From positions 1 through 37,703 of the forward strand of contig JAJYCP010000004.1 in assembly GCA_021778295.1 (NCBI GenBank): a stretch of 37,703 bases of DNA, read 5' to 3'. Below, piece after piece: positions 25,742 through 34,538 of the stretch. The notes below the pieces were generated by a model, which was not told the origin of the DNA, made no database searches, and saw only the letters and a list, made by a program, of their open reading frames with translations. The DNA comes from a bacterium (GTDB taxonomy: Bacteria > Patescibacteriota > Minisyncoccia > Phycocordibacterales > Phycocordibacteraceae). Positions within the stretch are counted from its first letter, which is position 1; each line of letters opens with the position of its first letter. The position numbers and the translations under genes were made by a program.

Positions 25742-28135
25742 CTATAGTATCTCGCACGTACCTCCGGCGCACGCGAGCTCTTTTTTCATTTCCGTCTCAT
25801 CCTGACGCTCATAGGCGATGAGTTTTGAGTAATCGATCTTTGGAAAGCGAGACATGCGTTCTTCGTATTCTTCTTTAGTAATGGTCTCGTACGGCGCGAG
25901 GCGATAGACATGATTGGAACGCGGGAGGAATGAAAGCCCGCCGATGATATTCCAATTCTTTTGGACCCAATCGACAACGCCGATCCATTCATCCTCGCCG
26001 ACCGAGATTGTCGCCGAGGGGTTGTGCTCGGTATAGTTCAATTTCACGAGCCGCCAGTACTCGAGCTGGTCAATCGCCGAAAGATCGTCCTTGAACCGCG
26101 CTTCCTTTGAGTGGTCAGGCGACTTGACCGGGAATTCAAGCACATACGTGTTTGCCTCCTCCATCGATTGTCCGACTTCCGGATAGTACGGCACTCCTTG
26201 ATCGCGCATCATCTTGAAAAGCGAATCGGTGGCGCTGATGCGCACGCGGCGGATGTAGTACGGGGCATGGCGCGGATGAATGCCCGATGCGCAGTTGAAA
26301 GTCTGTGAGACCGTGCCGGATGGTTTTACAGCGGTAACCGCCATTGACCGTTCGACGCCGAAGCGCTTTGCGTAGGTGACGTTCGTTTTCACCGCGACAT
26401 CGCGGATTTTTTGCATCGTTGCAGCATTGCGCACCACCGGACTATCCCACTGTCCGGTTATCGATACTCCGAGGAGCCGTTCGGCGCGATTGTGATCGGT
26501 CCATTCCTGTGAAATATATCCGAATTTCGTAAGCGTTGACTGATAGGTGCCGATGATCGAAGCGAGACGGGCCTTGCGCACGAGCGAAGCTTCCGTATCA
26601 TGCGCACGCGCGATTATCTCCGAGAGATTACAGAATTGTTTCGATTGCAGGATAATTTCCGCGCACGGATTCGTACCGACCGACCCGCGTACTACGCCGT
26701 CCTCTCCGAGAAAACCGACTTTCCTGAAGTAGTCGGTGCGTCGCTTCGGCAGCGTCTGCGCAAGCGAACCGCGGTTGAAGATGCCGCGCTCGCCGGAACC
26801 GCTTTTCATAAGCGCGACCCATTCGTCCATAAGTTCGGTATTGGTCGGCTGCGTTTCATACACCGCGGAATTGTTCGCTACAGAGCGGTGAGGATCGGTC
26901 ATGTAGAACTGGCCCTTCTTGGCATCGCGCATCTCTACGTCGTCAAGGTCGGAAAGCGAGATCATCGCGGTACGTCGTACGCCGCCCGCGACGACGCATT
27001 CGCCGATCTTGCAGATGATGTCGTGCGCATCGATGGCGCGCAGTCGCCGGCCCTGGCGCGCGAGCACGCGCTCGCGCGAGAATGCGAGTAAAGAGCGCAG
27101 CGGCTCCGGACCGCTTGCTTTTCCTCCCATGGTTTTCAGACGCGCGCCCGCCGGGCGGATTTGAGAAAAATCAAAAGCGATATCCTTGCCGGAATACCAG
27201 GTCGTGAGGCCGAGCGTGAGCGCATCGCACCATCCTTCTTTTGAATCGCTGATGAGATGCGTCGGCAGTTTCTTCTGTCCCTTCTGCTTCATGATTTGCG
27301 GAAGCTGTTCGATGTTCTGGCTTTCGACTGCAAACCCGACGCCGCATCCCTGCATTGAGAGGTACATGATCTCGGCAAAATCTTCGAGTTTTGTCGGTGC
27401 CGTGAAGGTGCAGTTATACGCACAGGTGTTGCAGCGGCGCGCGGCTTCGCCCGCAAACTGCATAAGGCGCATCGAAGGCATCACCTCTTGTTTAAGGATG
27501 CCCATGCGCACTTCTGAATATTCTTTTTCGGTGAGTTTCGTCCCGAGGTTCTCACGCATGAAATGTATGTAGCGGTCGACGGTTTCTATCCAGGTCTCCC
27601 GCCGACCCTCCTCGGGAATCCATTTCGCATAGGTACGCAGATAGACGAACTCGCCAAGCGCATTGCCCTCAAAATATTTCTTGCTCTCCGCAACCAGTTT
27701 CTGCACATGCTCCGGGATGTCGACTTTTGTCGCGCGCAACTGGGAACGCTTGTCGCGGTACAGGATATACGTCTTTGCCGTCTTCACGTAATCATTGAGT
27801 ATGAGATATTTCTCGACTGAGTCTTGTATGCCCTCGACCGTCGGAAGAAAACTCTTGTATTTCTTTGAAAATCGTCCGAGTTCTCCGGCAACTTGATGCG
27901 CAACAAGGTTCGCATCGTCCTGACTGCCTTCTTCCGCCGCTGACATCGCTTTCCAAATCGCTGCTGCGATCTTATCAAAATCAAACGGTACAAGCCGTCC
28001 GTCACGCTTCTCGATTTTGGGAATCATTTCGCGATAACGGATCGTTTCTTTCGATATTTTCTCTTGCTCTGTCACATCGGCATTACTCGATACACGCGTT
28101 TTTGTACGAACCTGAGCTTTTGCGACTTTTGACAT
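25742..28135 (-). CDS. nrdJ: Class II (adenosylcobalamin-dependent) ribonucleotide reductase with N-terminal ATP cone
   Basis: ATP cone (IEKRDGRLVPFDFDKI); RRETWIETV.R, YNC, TNPCAEI, FCNLSE, VKPSGTVS and C-terminal CAGGTC; no beta-subunit gene adjacent. Confidence 0.88.
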   Translation of the reverse strand: MSKVAKAQVRTKTRVSSNADVTEQEKISKETIRYREMIPKIEKRDGRLVPFDFDKIAAAIWKAMSAAEEGSQDDANLVAHQVAGELGRFSKKYKSFLPTVEGIQDSVEKYLILNDYVKTAKTYILYRDKRSQLRATKVDIPEHVQKLVAESKKYFEGNALGEFVYLRTYAKWIPEEGRRETWIETVDRYIHFMRENLGTKLTEKEYSEVRMGILKQEVMPSMRLMQFAGEAARRCNTCAYNCTFTAPTKLEDFAEIMYLSMQGCGVGFAVESQNIEQLPQIMKQKGQKKLPTHLISDSKEGWCDALTLGLTTWYSGKDIAFDFSQIRPAGARLKTMGGKASGPEPLRSLLAFSRERVLARQGRRLRAIDAHDIICKIGECVVAGGVRRTAMISLSDLDDVEMRDAKKGQFYMTDPHRSVANNSAVYETQPTNTELMDEWVALMKSGSGERGIFNRGSLAQTLPKRRTDYFRKVGFLGEDGVVRGSVGTNPCAEIILQSKQFCNLSEIIARAHDTEASLVRKARLASIIGTYQSTLTKFGYISQEWTDHNRAERLLGVSITGQWDSPVVRNAATMQKIRDVAVKTNVTYAKRFGVERSMAVTAVKPSGTVSQTFNCASGIHPRHAPYYIRRVRISATDSLFKMMRDQGVPYYPEVGQSMEEANTYVLEFPVKSPDHSKEARFKDDLSAIDQLEYWRLVKLNYTEHNPSATISVGEDEWIGVVDWVQKNWNIIGGLSFLPRSNHVYRLAPYETITKEEYEERMSRFPKIDYSKLIAYERQDETEMKKELACAGGTCEIL

Positions 28136-28252
28136 GAGCGAAGATTGCTAGGGATAATGGCGAGCGTTCGCTTTCTCCGATACCGGGGGTCTCGGACGCT
28201 TCGTAGGAGCTATTTTACTCCTCCGTGTGTGCGAAATGCCCTGTGGACAGTG

Positions 28253-28729
28253 TTACTCCGAAACGCTTGGCCAATTTTGCAATACGAACGGAGTGCCGGT
28301 TGCAATTCCATGCGCCTGCGCAAAGCCTGCGGCAGTCTCAAGGACATAACGCGCAGGCACTGACGGATAAAAGACTCCCGGGTAGGTCGATGTAGCGACA
28401 TTCTGAGCCATAGATACGACTTGTCCTTTATCGTCGAGCCAGAACATATCGAGCGGGATGAGCGTATCCTTCATCCAGAAACCGTAGTAACCGTCCCATG
28501 GGAATACGAAGAGCATCCCATAATCGTTCGGGATGCTCTTGCGACCGCCGAGCCCTTTCTCGCGCGCTGCGGTCGTCGTTGCGAATTCTATCCTCAAGGA
28601 CACCCCTCCGAACTCTCCTCTGGCATAGTATCCGATTCCCCGCGGTTCTGTCCTATAGAAAGACAGCGCGAGCAAAGCCGTAAGACCAATTCCGAGAAAT
28701 AAGAGACCGAAGTAAAAATATCGTGACAT
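28253..28729 (-). CDS. DUF192-domain protein
   Basis: GLGGR, GMLFVF, FWMKDTLIPLD and YVLE motifs. Confidence 0.85.
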   Translation of the reverse strand: MSRYFYFGLLFLGIGLTALLALSFYRTEPRGIGYYARGEFGGVSLRIEFATTTAAREKGLGGRKSIPNDYGMLFVFPWDGYYGFWMKDTLIPLDMFWLDDKGQVVSMAQNVATSTYPGVFYPSVPARYVLETAAGFAQAHGIATGTPFVLQNWPSVSE

Positions 28730-28739
28730 GCACAGCGAG

Positions 28740-28781
28740 TGTACAACAAAAGCGTCTCCGAGGAGACGCTTTTGTTGTACA
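28740..28781. terminator. Long perfect hairpin, probable terminator
   Basis: TGTACAACAAAAGCGTCTC-CGAG-GAGACGCTTTTGTTGTACA. Confidence 0.7.
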
Positions 28782-28807
28782 GCTCTTGAACGTTCTATCG
28801 AACGCGC

Positions 28808-29509
28808 TTATCGCGGAATTGATACGTCGCGGAATACCGAAGCCGAGATCGTTGAACTCGCTACCGGCCCCCAGACTCGGACCGTATCGCCGTTGTGCAC
28901 CGTGCTGAAGTCAAGCGTTGCCCAGTTCCTTTGCAGCGTCTTCGCGCCGGAGACAAGCGAAACGGAGTAATTCGTACCGCTCCTCGCGGTCAGAGTGAAG
29001 GTTTCAGCCGATGCGTCGAGATTGCTCAACGTGCCCTCGACGACTCTCGGAGTTCCCGAACGCATTACTTCGCGGACCGCGCGAATATTTCTCGTAATCC
29101 CCTGCCGCGCCGTCATTCGTGCCGTCCAGTCGTGCACGATCTTCGCGTCAATGGTGAAGCCTGCGCTTTGATTTACCGTACCCAAAACACCTACAAAATC
29201 ACCTTGTCCGAAACCGGAGACCGCCGTACCGTGCGGCAACACTTCCGCACTGGCGGGGACCGTTATGGTCCAGCTTCCGCCCCAGCTTTTTACGGTAAGC
29301 GAATCCGCCGATGCGGATTCCACGGTACCGCGCAAAAGCACTCTTCCTGCGGCGCCGATCTCGAGCACCATCGGTTCCGTTCTCGGTTGTATAGTCGTCA
29401 CGGCCGATGACGCTACGGCGCTCCCTGTCGCAGTCGTTTGCGCCAGTGCGACTCCTGCAGTCGCGAGGAACCCGATCATCCCGAGCACTGCTAACATCTT
29501 TTTCGTCAT
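28808..29509 (-). CDS. Secreted protein with two DUF5666-like (OB-fold-like) repeats
   Basis: Signal peptide ALA-Q; repeats GTVES...GDFVGVLG and GTLSN...GDTVRVWG. Confidence 0.65.
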   Translation of the reverse strand: MTKKMLAVLGMIGFLATAGVALAQTTATGSAVASSAVTTIQPRTEPMVLEIGAAGRVLLRGTVESASADSLTVKSWGGSWTITVPASAEVLPHGTAVSGFGQGDFVGVLGTVNQSAGFTIDAKIVHDWTARMTARQGITRNIRAVREVMRSGTPRVVEGTLSNLDASAETFTLTARSGTNYSVSLVSGAKTLQRNWATLDFSTVHNGDTVRVWGPVASSTISASVFRDVSIPR

Positions 29510-29571
29510 ATTCGTTTTATACTGACCTTATAATGCGAACCTTCACGAACCGCGTATAGTATAGCGCCCGC

Positions 29572-30438
29572 TTAGAACTTCTTTTCAAAAAGGGCTGTGG
29601 TCGTGGGGGCGTTCATAGCGCTGAGATCGTAGAGCCGATTCGCCGTCTGTTCTCCGCTGAAGTAGTCCCCCCGGGCGCTTGCGTAACCGGCTTTCTTTAC
29701 AAGAGTTTGTATGGCGGTGTTGTACGCTCCGAAGGGATAGGCGAATTCATTGATGGAAACGCCGAGCTGCTTCTCCAGTAGTTTTTTGCTGCCGTCTATT
29801 TCATTCCAAAGAACGGTCGAACTCGATATGCCGGTAAGATAAGGGTGCGAACGCGTATGATCGCCAATGGTCATACCGGCCGCGAGTAACTGGCGCAATT
29901 CGTTCCAGGAAAGGAACCCGCGATGGCCGATCGCATTCGTGAAAACAAAAAAGGTTGCCGTATAACCGTATGCTTTGAGAATCGGGAACGCATACGCGAA
30001 TTGATCGCTCCAACCATCATCGAAAGAAAGAATGATCGGTTTCGGCGGAAGCGGCGCGCCAGTTTTAAAATACGCCTCGAGATCGCCAAAATGCACGACA
30101 TGATACCCCGCCGTCCGTAAGTATTTCATCTCGGCACCAAACGTTTCGGGCGTAAGGGCGATGGCGCGCACCGCCCTGCTGTCGCCCGGGTAGCTCGGCC
30201 GGACGATGTGGTACACCAGAATAGGCAGATTGAGTTTTTCGACAGAAAAAGCGGGAGCGGCGGAGGTTTGTTGCGAGGTCGTCGATAGTTCCGCGTAGCG
30301 TGCCTGATTTTCGAGCGGAGTTCCCTGCAGTGGAAGCGGTCCGGAGATTCCGCTCTGGTCTTTCGCAAAGAAAATAACTCCGCTGGCAACGGACAGGCCG
30401 AGGACGAGGAGAACAATGGTGCGGATGTGAATCTGCAT
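29572..30438 (-). CDS. Polysaccharide deacetylase (CE4/NodB-like)
   Basis: PILVYH, LSFDDGW, IGDHTRSHP and FAYPFG motifs; N-terminal anchor; the start may be 30450. Confidence 0.9.
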   Translation of the reverse strand: MQIHIRTIVLLVLGLSVASGVIFFAKDQSGISGPLPLQGTPLENQARYAELSTTSQQTSAAPAFSVEKLNLPILVYHIVRPSYPGDSRAVRAIALTPETFGAEMKYLRTAGYHVVHFGDLEAYFKTGAPLPPKPIILSFDDGWSDQFAYAFPILKAYGYTATFFVFTNAIGHRGFLSWNELRQLLAAGMTIGDHTRSHPYLTGISSSTVLWNEIDGSKKLLEKQLGVSINEFAYPFGAYNTAIQTLVKKAGYASARGDYFSGEQTANRLYDLSAMNAPTTTALFEKKF

Positions 30439-30480
30439 ACGCCGGAGCACTACAGTATACCGATTATTCCAAAAGGCGGA

Positions 30481-31494
30481 TCAACGGATGAAACGGAGAT
30501 TGTTCAGAAAAGCGTCTGTAGAGTGATCCCACGAATACTCAAGTGCCTTGGTGCGGCAATCGGCGGACGAGAGAGTAAGGCAAGCAAGCGCAGCCGTACG
30601 CAGATCTTCGCTCAAACAGCCGTCCTTTCCGTCGGTGATGATGTCGCGCGGCCCCATGACAGCGTGCGCGGCGACGGGTATACCACACGAAAGCGCTTCA
30701 AGAATGACCAGACCGAATGTTTCGGTGCGGGACGGAAATACCAGCACGTGAGACAGCGACAGCCAGTCGACAAGCTCTTGTCCTTGTTTGTAGCCGACGA
30801 ACATATTCTCTTTGCCGTATTTTTTCTCCAGTTTTTGCCGGTCGGGACCGTCGCCTATGACGAGTTTGGTACCCGGCAGTGCGAGTTTCAGAAATTCTTC
30901 CGGACTTTTCTCCGGTGCAAGACGGCTGAAAAAAAGGAACACCGGAGCGGGAAGCGCCGGCAGAGGCGGTGCGGGATTGCGGACGAAGCGTTCGGTGTCG
31001 ACGCCGAGCGGCACCACAATTATATTTTTCTCAAAACCGGAGGCCTCGAGTTCGCTCTTGAGGCTCTCGGTCGAAACGAATGTCGCCGCCGCCCTTCGGT
31101 GAAATCGTTTCAGGTACCCGTACACCGGCCGCATGAATATGCCGATAGTGCGCGCACGCGTATAGAGCGCGAAATGCGTGTGGTAGGAAGAAGTGAAAGG
31201 AATGCATTGTGAGATACAGACCGCCCGCGCGGCAAACCCGAGCGGTCCTTCGGTCATGATATGCACCGCATCGGGCTGTGCTTTCTCAAGGATCCTCTTT
31301 ATGCGCGCACGCGGAAAGAGCGCGAGACGAATTTCCGGATATCCGGGCAGCGGAATGGTCGTGAATTGCCCCGGCTCGATGATACTGACTGCATAACCGC
31401 GCGCCGTAAGGGCCGCCGCAAGTACTGAAAGCGTTTGCACGACGCCGTTGACCTGCGGTACCCATGTATCGGTCACGAACACTATTTTTTTCAT
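30481..31494 (-). CDS. GT4-family glycosyltransferase
   Basis: VTDTWVPQVNGV, SSYHTHF and FPSRTETFGLVILEALSCG motifs. Confidence 0.9.
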   Translation of the reverse strand: MKKIVFVTDTWVPQVNGVVQTLSVLAAALTARGYAVSIIEPGQFTTIPLPGYPEIRLALFPRARIKRILEKAQPDAVHIMTEGPLGFAARAVCISQCIPFTSSYHTHFALYTRARTIGIFMRPVYGYLKRFHRRAAATFVSTESLKSELEASGFEKNIIVVPLGVDTERFVRNPAPPLPALPAPVFLFFSRLAPEKSPEEFLKLALPGTKLVIGDGPDRQKLEKKYGKENMFVGYKQGQELVDWLSLSHVLVFPSRTETFGLVILEALSCGIPVAAHAVMGPRDIITDGKDGCLSEDLRTAALACLTLSSADCRTKALEYSWDHSTDAFLNNLRFIR

Positions 31495-31496
31495 GA

Positions 31497-32387
31497 TTAC
31501 CGAGTCGGGTGCACGATAAAACGAGCGAAATAGTCGGACGCGCTCGTTGTCGCGGCTTTTGCCGTTACATCCACTTCCCCGGTCCCGTTAAATTCATAGT
31601 AGTACGACCAGCAGCCGGGATTGCCTTCGGTTCCAAATCCCTCGCCATACGGTCCGGCATTCGATACCCAGCCGGCCGTTGCGGTGCCGCTCACCGTTTT
31701 AAATTGGAGATTATGTTCTCTACTGGGATACGCGTCTTTGGGCAGGTTGATAAACAACCGCGTGGTTTCCGTTATGTTTTGCGTGGAGTCGTTTGGGATG
31801 CCGCCGCACAAGAGAATGTTCCCATTTACCGACGGAGTTCCCGAAGAAGGGAGCGGCGTAAGCGGTTTGCTTGCCAGAATCGTAGCAACCTCCTGGTATC
31901 CGGCCGGAAAAGCATAGTTATAGCGCGCAGGAAGGGCGAAGACATAGACGGCATTCGCGCCGAGCAAGCTCGGATTGATCGGTGCGGCGCTGACCGCAAA
32001 CTTGTTTCGCAACAGAGCGTCCCATTGTGAAAGCGTGAAGATCATGAGGGGAATATCCTGATACGGTTTCGCTGCGGTCCACGCCGGATTTCTGATTGAA
32101 ATCAAAGGGCCTTGTGCGACCGTGGTATCGCCTGCCGGTCCGGTATTTGCAAATCCTTTCCAGGTGCCCTTTACGATGGAGTACCCCTTCCAACTTTCCG
32201 GCAGTGAAAAATTGAAGCCGTAGCGCGCATTTTGATATACGACTGAACTGGTCGCTTGTGTCGCAAGGACCGGAGGAGTTTCAACCGGAGCTGGCGATTT
32301 TTTAGAAAGGAACGCGTACCCGCCGGCAATGAGAATCAGTGCACCGCCTATCGCCATGTATGTATTTGAAAATCTTCGCATGCGCAT
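31497..32387 (-). CDS. Membrane-anchored extracellular hypothetical protein
   Basis: N-terminal TM helix, YQNARYGFNFSLPESW motif (PsbP-like start); the longer ORF start overlaps marR and was rejected. Confidence 0.65.
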   Translation of the reverse strand: MRMRRFSNTYMAIGGALILIAGGYAFLSKKSPAPVETPPVLATQATSSVVYQNARYGFNFSLPESWKGYSIVKGTWKGFANTGPAGDTTVAQGPLISIRNPAWTAAKPYQDIPLMIFTLSQWDALLRNKFAVSAAPINPSLLGANAVYVFALPARYNYAFPAGYQEVATILASKPLTPLPSSGTPSVNGNILLCGGIPNDSTQNITETTRLFINLPKDAYPSREHNLQFKTVSGTATAGWVSNAGPYGEGFGTEGNPGCWSYYYEFNGTGEVDVTAKAATTSASDYFARFIVHPTR

Positions 32388-32433
32388 GTTCCCTCTAAGG
32401 TAGACATGATACCACGCAGTAGTGTACGCGTCA

Positions 32434-32471
32434 TTGACAAACAGACAGAGATAGGTAAGTATCTTACGTAT
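32434..32471 (+). promoter_or_regulatory. marR promoter and putative operator palindrome
   Basis: TTGACA 32434..32439; near-perfect IR TAGGTAAG-TAT-CTTACGTA 32452..32470. Confidence 0.55.
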
Positions 32472-32473
32472 AT

Positions 32474-32905
32474 ATGCTCGATCGCTCAAAACAGCTGCAA
32501 GAAATACTGGAGGGGTTTCATAAAATGAAACGGCACGCGGACATCAAGGGCTCCTGTACGCCCGGCGGCCTTGCCATCACTAATTCGCAATGGATGACCT
32601 TGAGCCTCATTTCGCGTATCGGAGCCGTATCGATCAAAGATATTCGCCTGGCATTCGGCATCACGAGCAGTGCGGCAACCCAGGTAGTGGGAGAACTTGT
32701 AAAAAAGCGCTACGCCATAAAAGCGACAAGCGATAGAGATAAACGCACGACCGTCATACGCCTCACGCCGAAAACGAAACAAGCCATGGCACGCGCGCGG
32801 CGCGCGGCGCACATGCATATGGTCCGCTTGTTCTCAGCGTTAACCGACAAAGAGTTTGTTGAGTACGCCAGGCTCAACAAAAAAATTATTAACAGCTTCC
32901 AATAA
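32474..32905 (+). CDS. MarR-family transcriptional regulator
   Basis: ITNSQW, ITSSAATQVVGELVKKRY and DKRTTVIRLT motifs. Confidence 0.9.
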   Translation: MLDRSKQLQEILEGFHKMKRHADIKGSCTPGGLAITNSQWMTLSLISRIGAVSIKDIRLAFGITSSAATQVVGELVKKRYAIKATSDRDKRTTVIRLTPKTKQAMARARRAAHMHMVRLFSALTDKEFVEYARLNKKIINSFQ

Positions 32906-32918
32906 TCAATGAGTCTGT

Positions 32919-34535
32919 ATGTCGGCATTTTCTAAATTTCGCGCATTTCTTTCACGCCTGCCGAAACGCGCCGTAATCGTGGCGGCGGCGGCGCTTGTCA
33001 TAGGCATTCTCGGCATACACTGGCTCACACGACCCTCCGCTTCTTCCAGTGCCCAAGACACGGGAACGGCACACGTCAGCGTCGCGACTGTTGCGAGCCT
33101 GTCTTCCGCGACAAGCTCATTACCGGTTACCGGCGTGGTAACTTCCGTAAGCCAAGCGACTGTCCTTGCACAAACATCCGGCGAGATCGTCAGTCTCCGT
33201 CATTCCCTTGGCGACCGGGTAGCGGCGGGTACGGTCATTGCAGAATTTTCAAACGGTGCGCAGCGGGCGAACGTACTGCAGGCGCAAGGAGCCTATGAAG
33301 CGGCTCAGGCGGAACTTGCAAGCGCGCTCAATGCCGGAGGAACGGGCTCATCCATTTCGCTCACGCAAGCACAGCAGGGTGTTCAAAATACAAAAAACGC
33401 GCTGCAGAACGCGCTGCAGAGCACCTATGCCGCGCTCGATGATGCCGTACATGCAAAGGCAGATCAGCTTTTCTCAAATCCGAATACTTCGTCAGTACAG
33501 ATCATTCTTACCGTTCCGGACAATCAATTGGTATCCCAGTTGCTGCAAGAACGTATCCAATTGCAATCCATATTCGGCACCCTTCTTCCCTACACGAAGG
33601 ATTCCGCTTCCGCCTCCTTGGACGCTCACAGTACGGATATGATCACGGCGGTTGGAACTATCACTCAATTTTTGAACAACCTCGCAACCGCGGTTAACGA
33701 AACACCGCCGAGCCAAAACGCAAGCTCCGCGACACTGACAGGCTACGCCGCATCGCTTAGTGCGGCTCACACCGAAGTAACCGTTGCTTTGTCGAGCCTC
33801 ATCGCGGCAAAAAGCGCATACGATACGGCTCTTTCCGCTTCGCAAACCGCGGTGAATGCCGCCACAAACGGGGCGCCGAACAGCATTGCGCTTGCCGAAG
33901 CGCAAGTAAAACAAGCGCTCGGTGCGTACAACGCCGCGCGCTCCAACCTGGAAAATACGATCATCCGCAGTCCTGTAGACGGCGTGATCGTCAGCCTTCC
34001 TATCACACAAGGCGATTACGTATCTGCTTTTTCTCCTGTTGCTATCGTCTCAAATCCGCATGTGCTTTACGTCGACACATCAGTGACTTCTTCGGACGCC
34101 CGAACGCTCGCCGTAGGAAATCAGGCGCTTATAAACGGGAGCACGAGCGGCGATATAACATTCATCGCTCCCGCACTGAATCCGCTCACGGGTAAAATAG
34201 AGGTCAAGATAGGCATACCCGGGTCGACGACCTCTCTTGTTGACGGCGAAACCGTTTCGGTTGTGCTCGATCGAACGCTGCCTGCTCCAAACACTCCCGG
34301 GGTGCGCATTCCGCTTGCGCTGTCTATTCCGATTGCAGCCGTGAAAATGACCCCGAGCGGAGCGATCGTTTTTACCGTGAGCACGTCGAGTGCGGTCGTT
34401 GCTCATGCGGTTACGCTTGGAGCTATTACCGGCGATACGGTTGCCATTCTTTCCGGCGTCACGCCCGATCAGTACATCGTGACTGACGCGCGCGGACTTG
34501 CAAATGGACAAACAGTCATAGTGAACACTCCATAA
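32919..34535 (+). CDS. RND efflux periplasmic adaptor (membrane fusion protein) with long helical insert
   Basis: Lipoyl-like halves (SGEIVSL...GDRV; IRSPVDGVI...GDYV) and IPIAAV motif. Confidence 0.85.
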   Translation: MSAFSKFRAFLSRLPKRAVIVAAAALVIGILGIHWLTRPSASSSAQDTGTAHVSVATVASLSSATSSLPVTGVVTSVSQATVLAQTSGEIVSLRHSLGDRVAAGTVIAEFSNGAQRANVLQAQGAYEAAQAELASALNAGGTGSSISLTQAQQGVQNTKNALQNALQSTYAALDDAVHAKADQLFSNPNTSSVQIILTVPDNQLVSQLLQERIQLQSIFGTLLPYTKDSASASLDAHSTDMITAVGTITQFLNNLATAVNETPPSQNASSATLTGYAASLSAAHTEVTVALSSLIAAKSAYDTALSASQTAVNAATNGAPNSIALAEAQVKQALGAYNAARSNLENTIIRSPVDGVIVSLPITQGDYVSAFSPVAIVSNPHVLYVDTSVTSSDARTLAVGNQALINGSTSGDITFIAPALNPLTGKIEVKIGIPGSTTSLVDGETVSVVLDRTLPAPNTPGVRIPLALSIPIAAVKMTPSGAIVFTVSTSSAVVAHAVTLGAITGDTVAILSGVTPDQYIVTDARGLANGQTVIVNTP

Positions 34536-34538
34536 CAT

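Noticed and set aside
25533-25772. 79-aa minus-strand ORF
   Set aside because: It overlaps the RNase P RNA and the terminator
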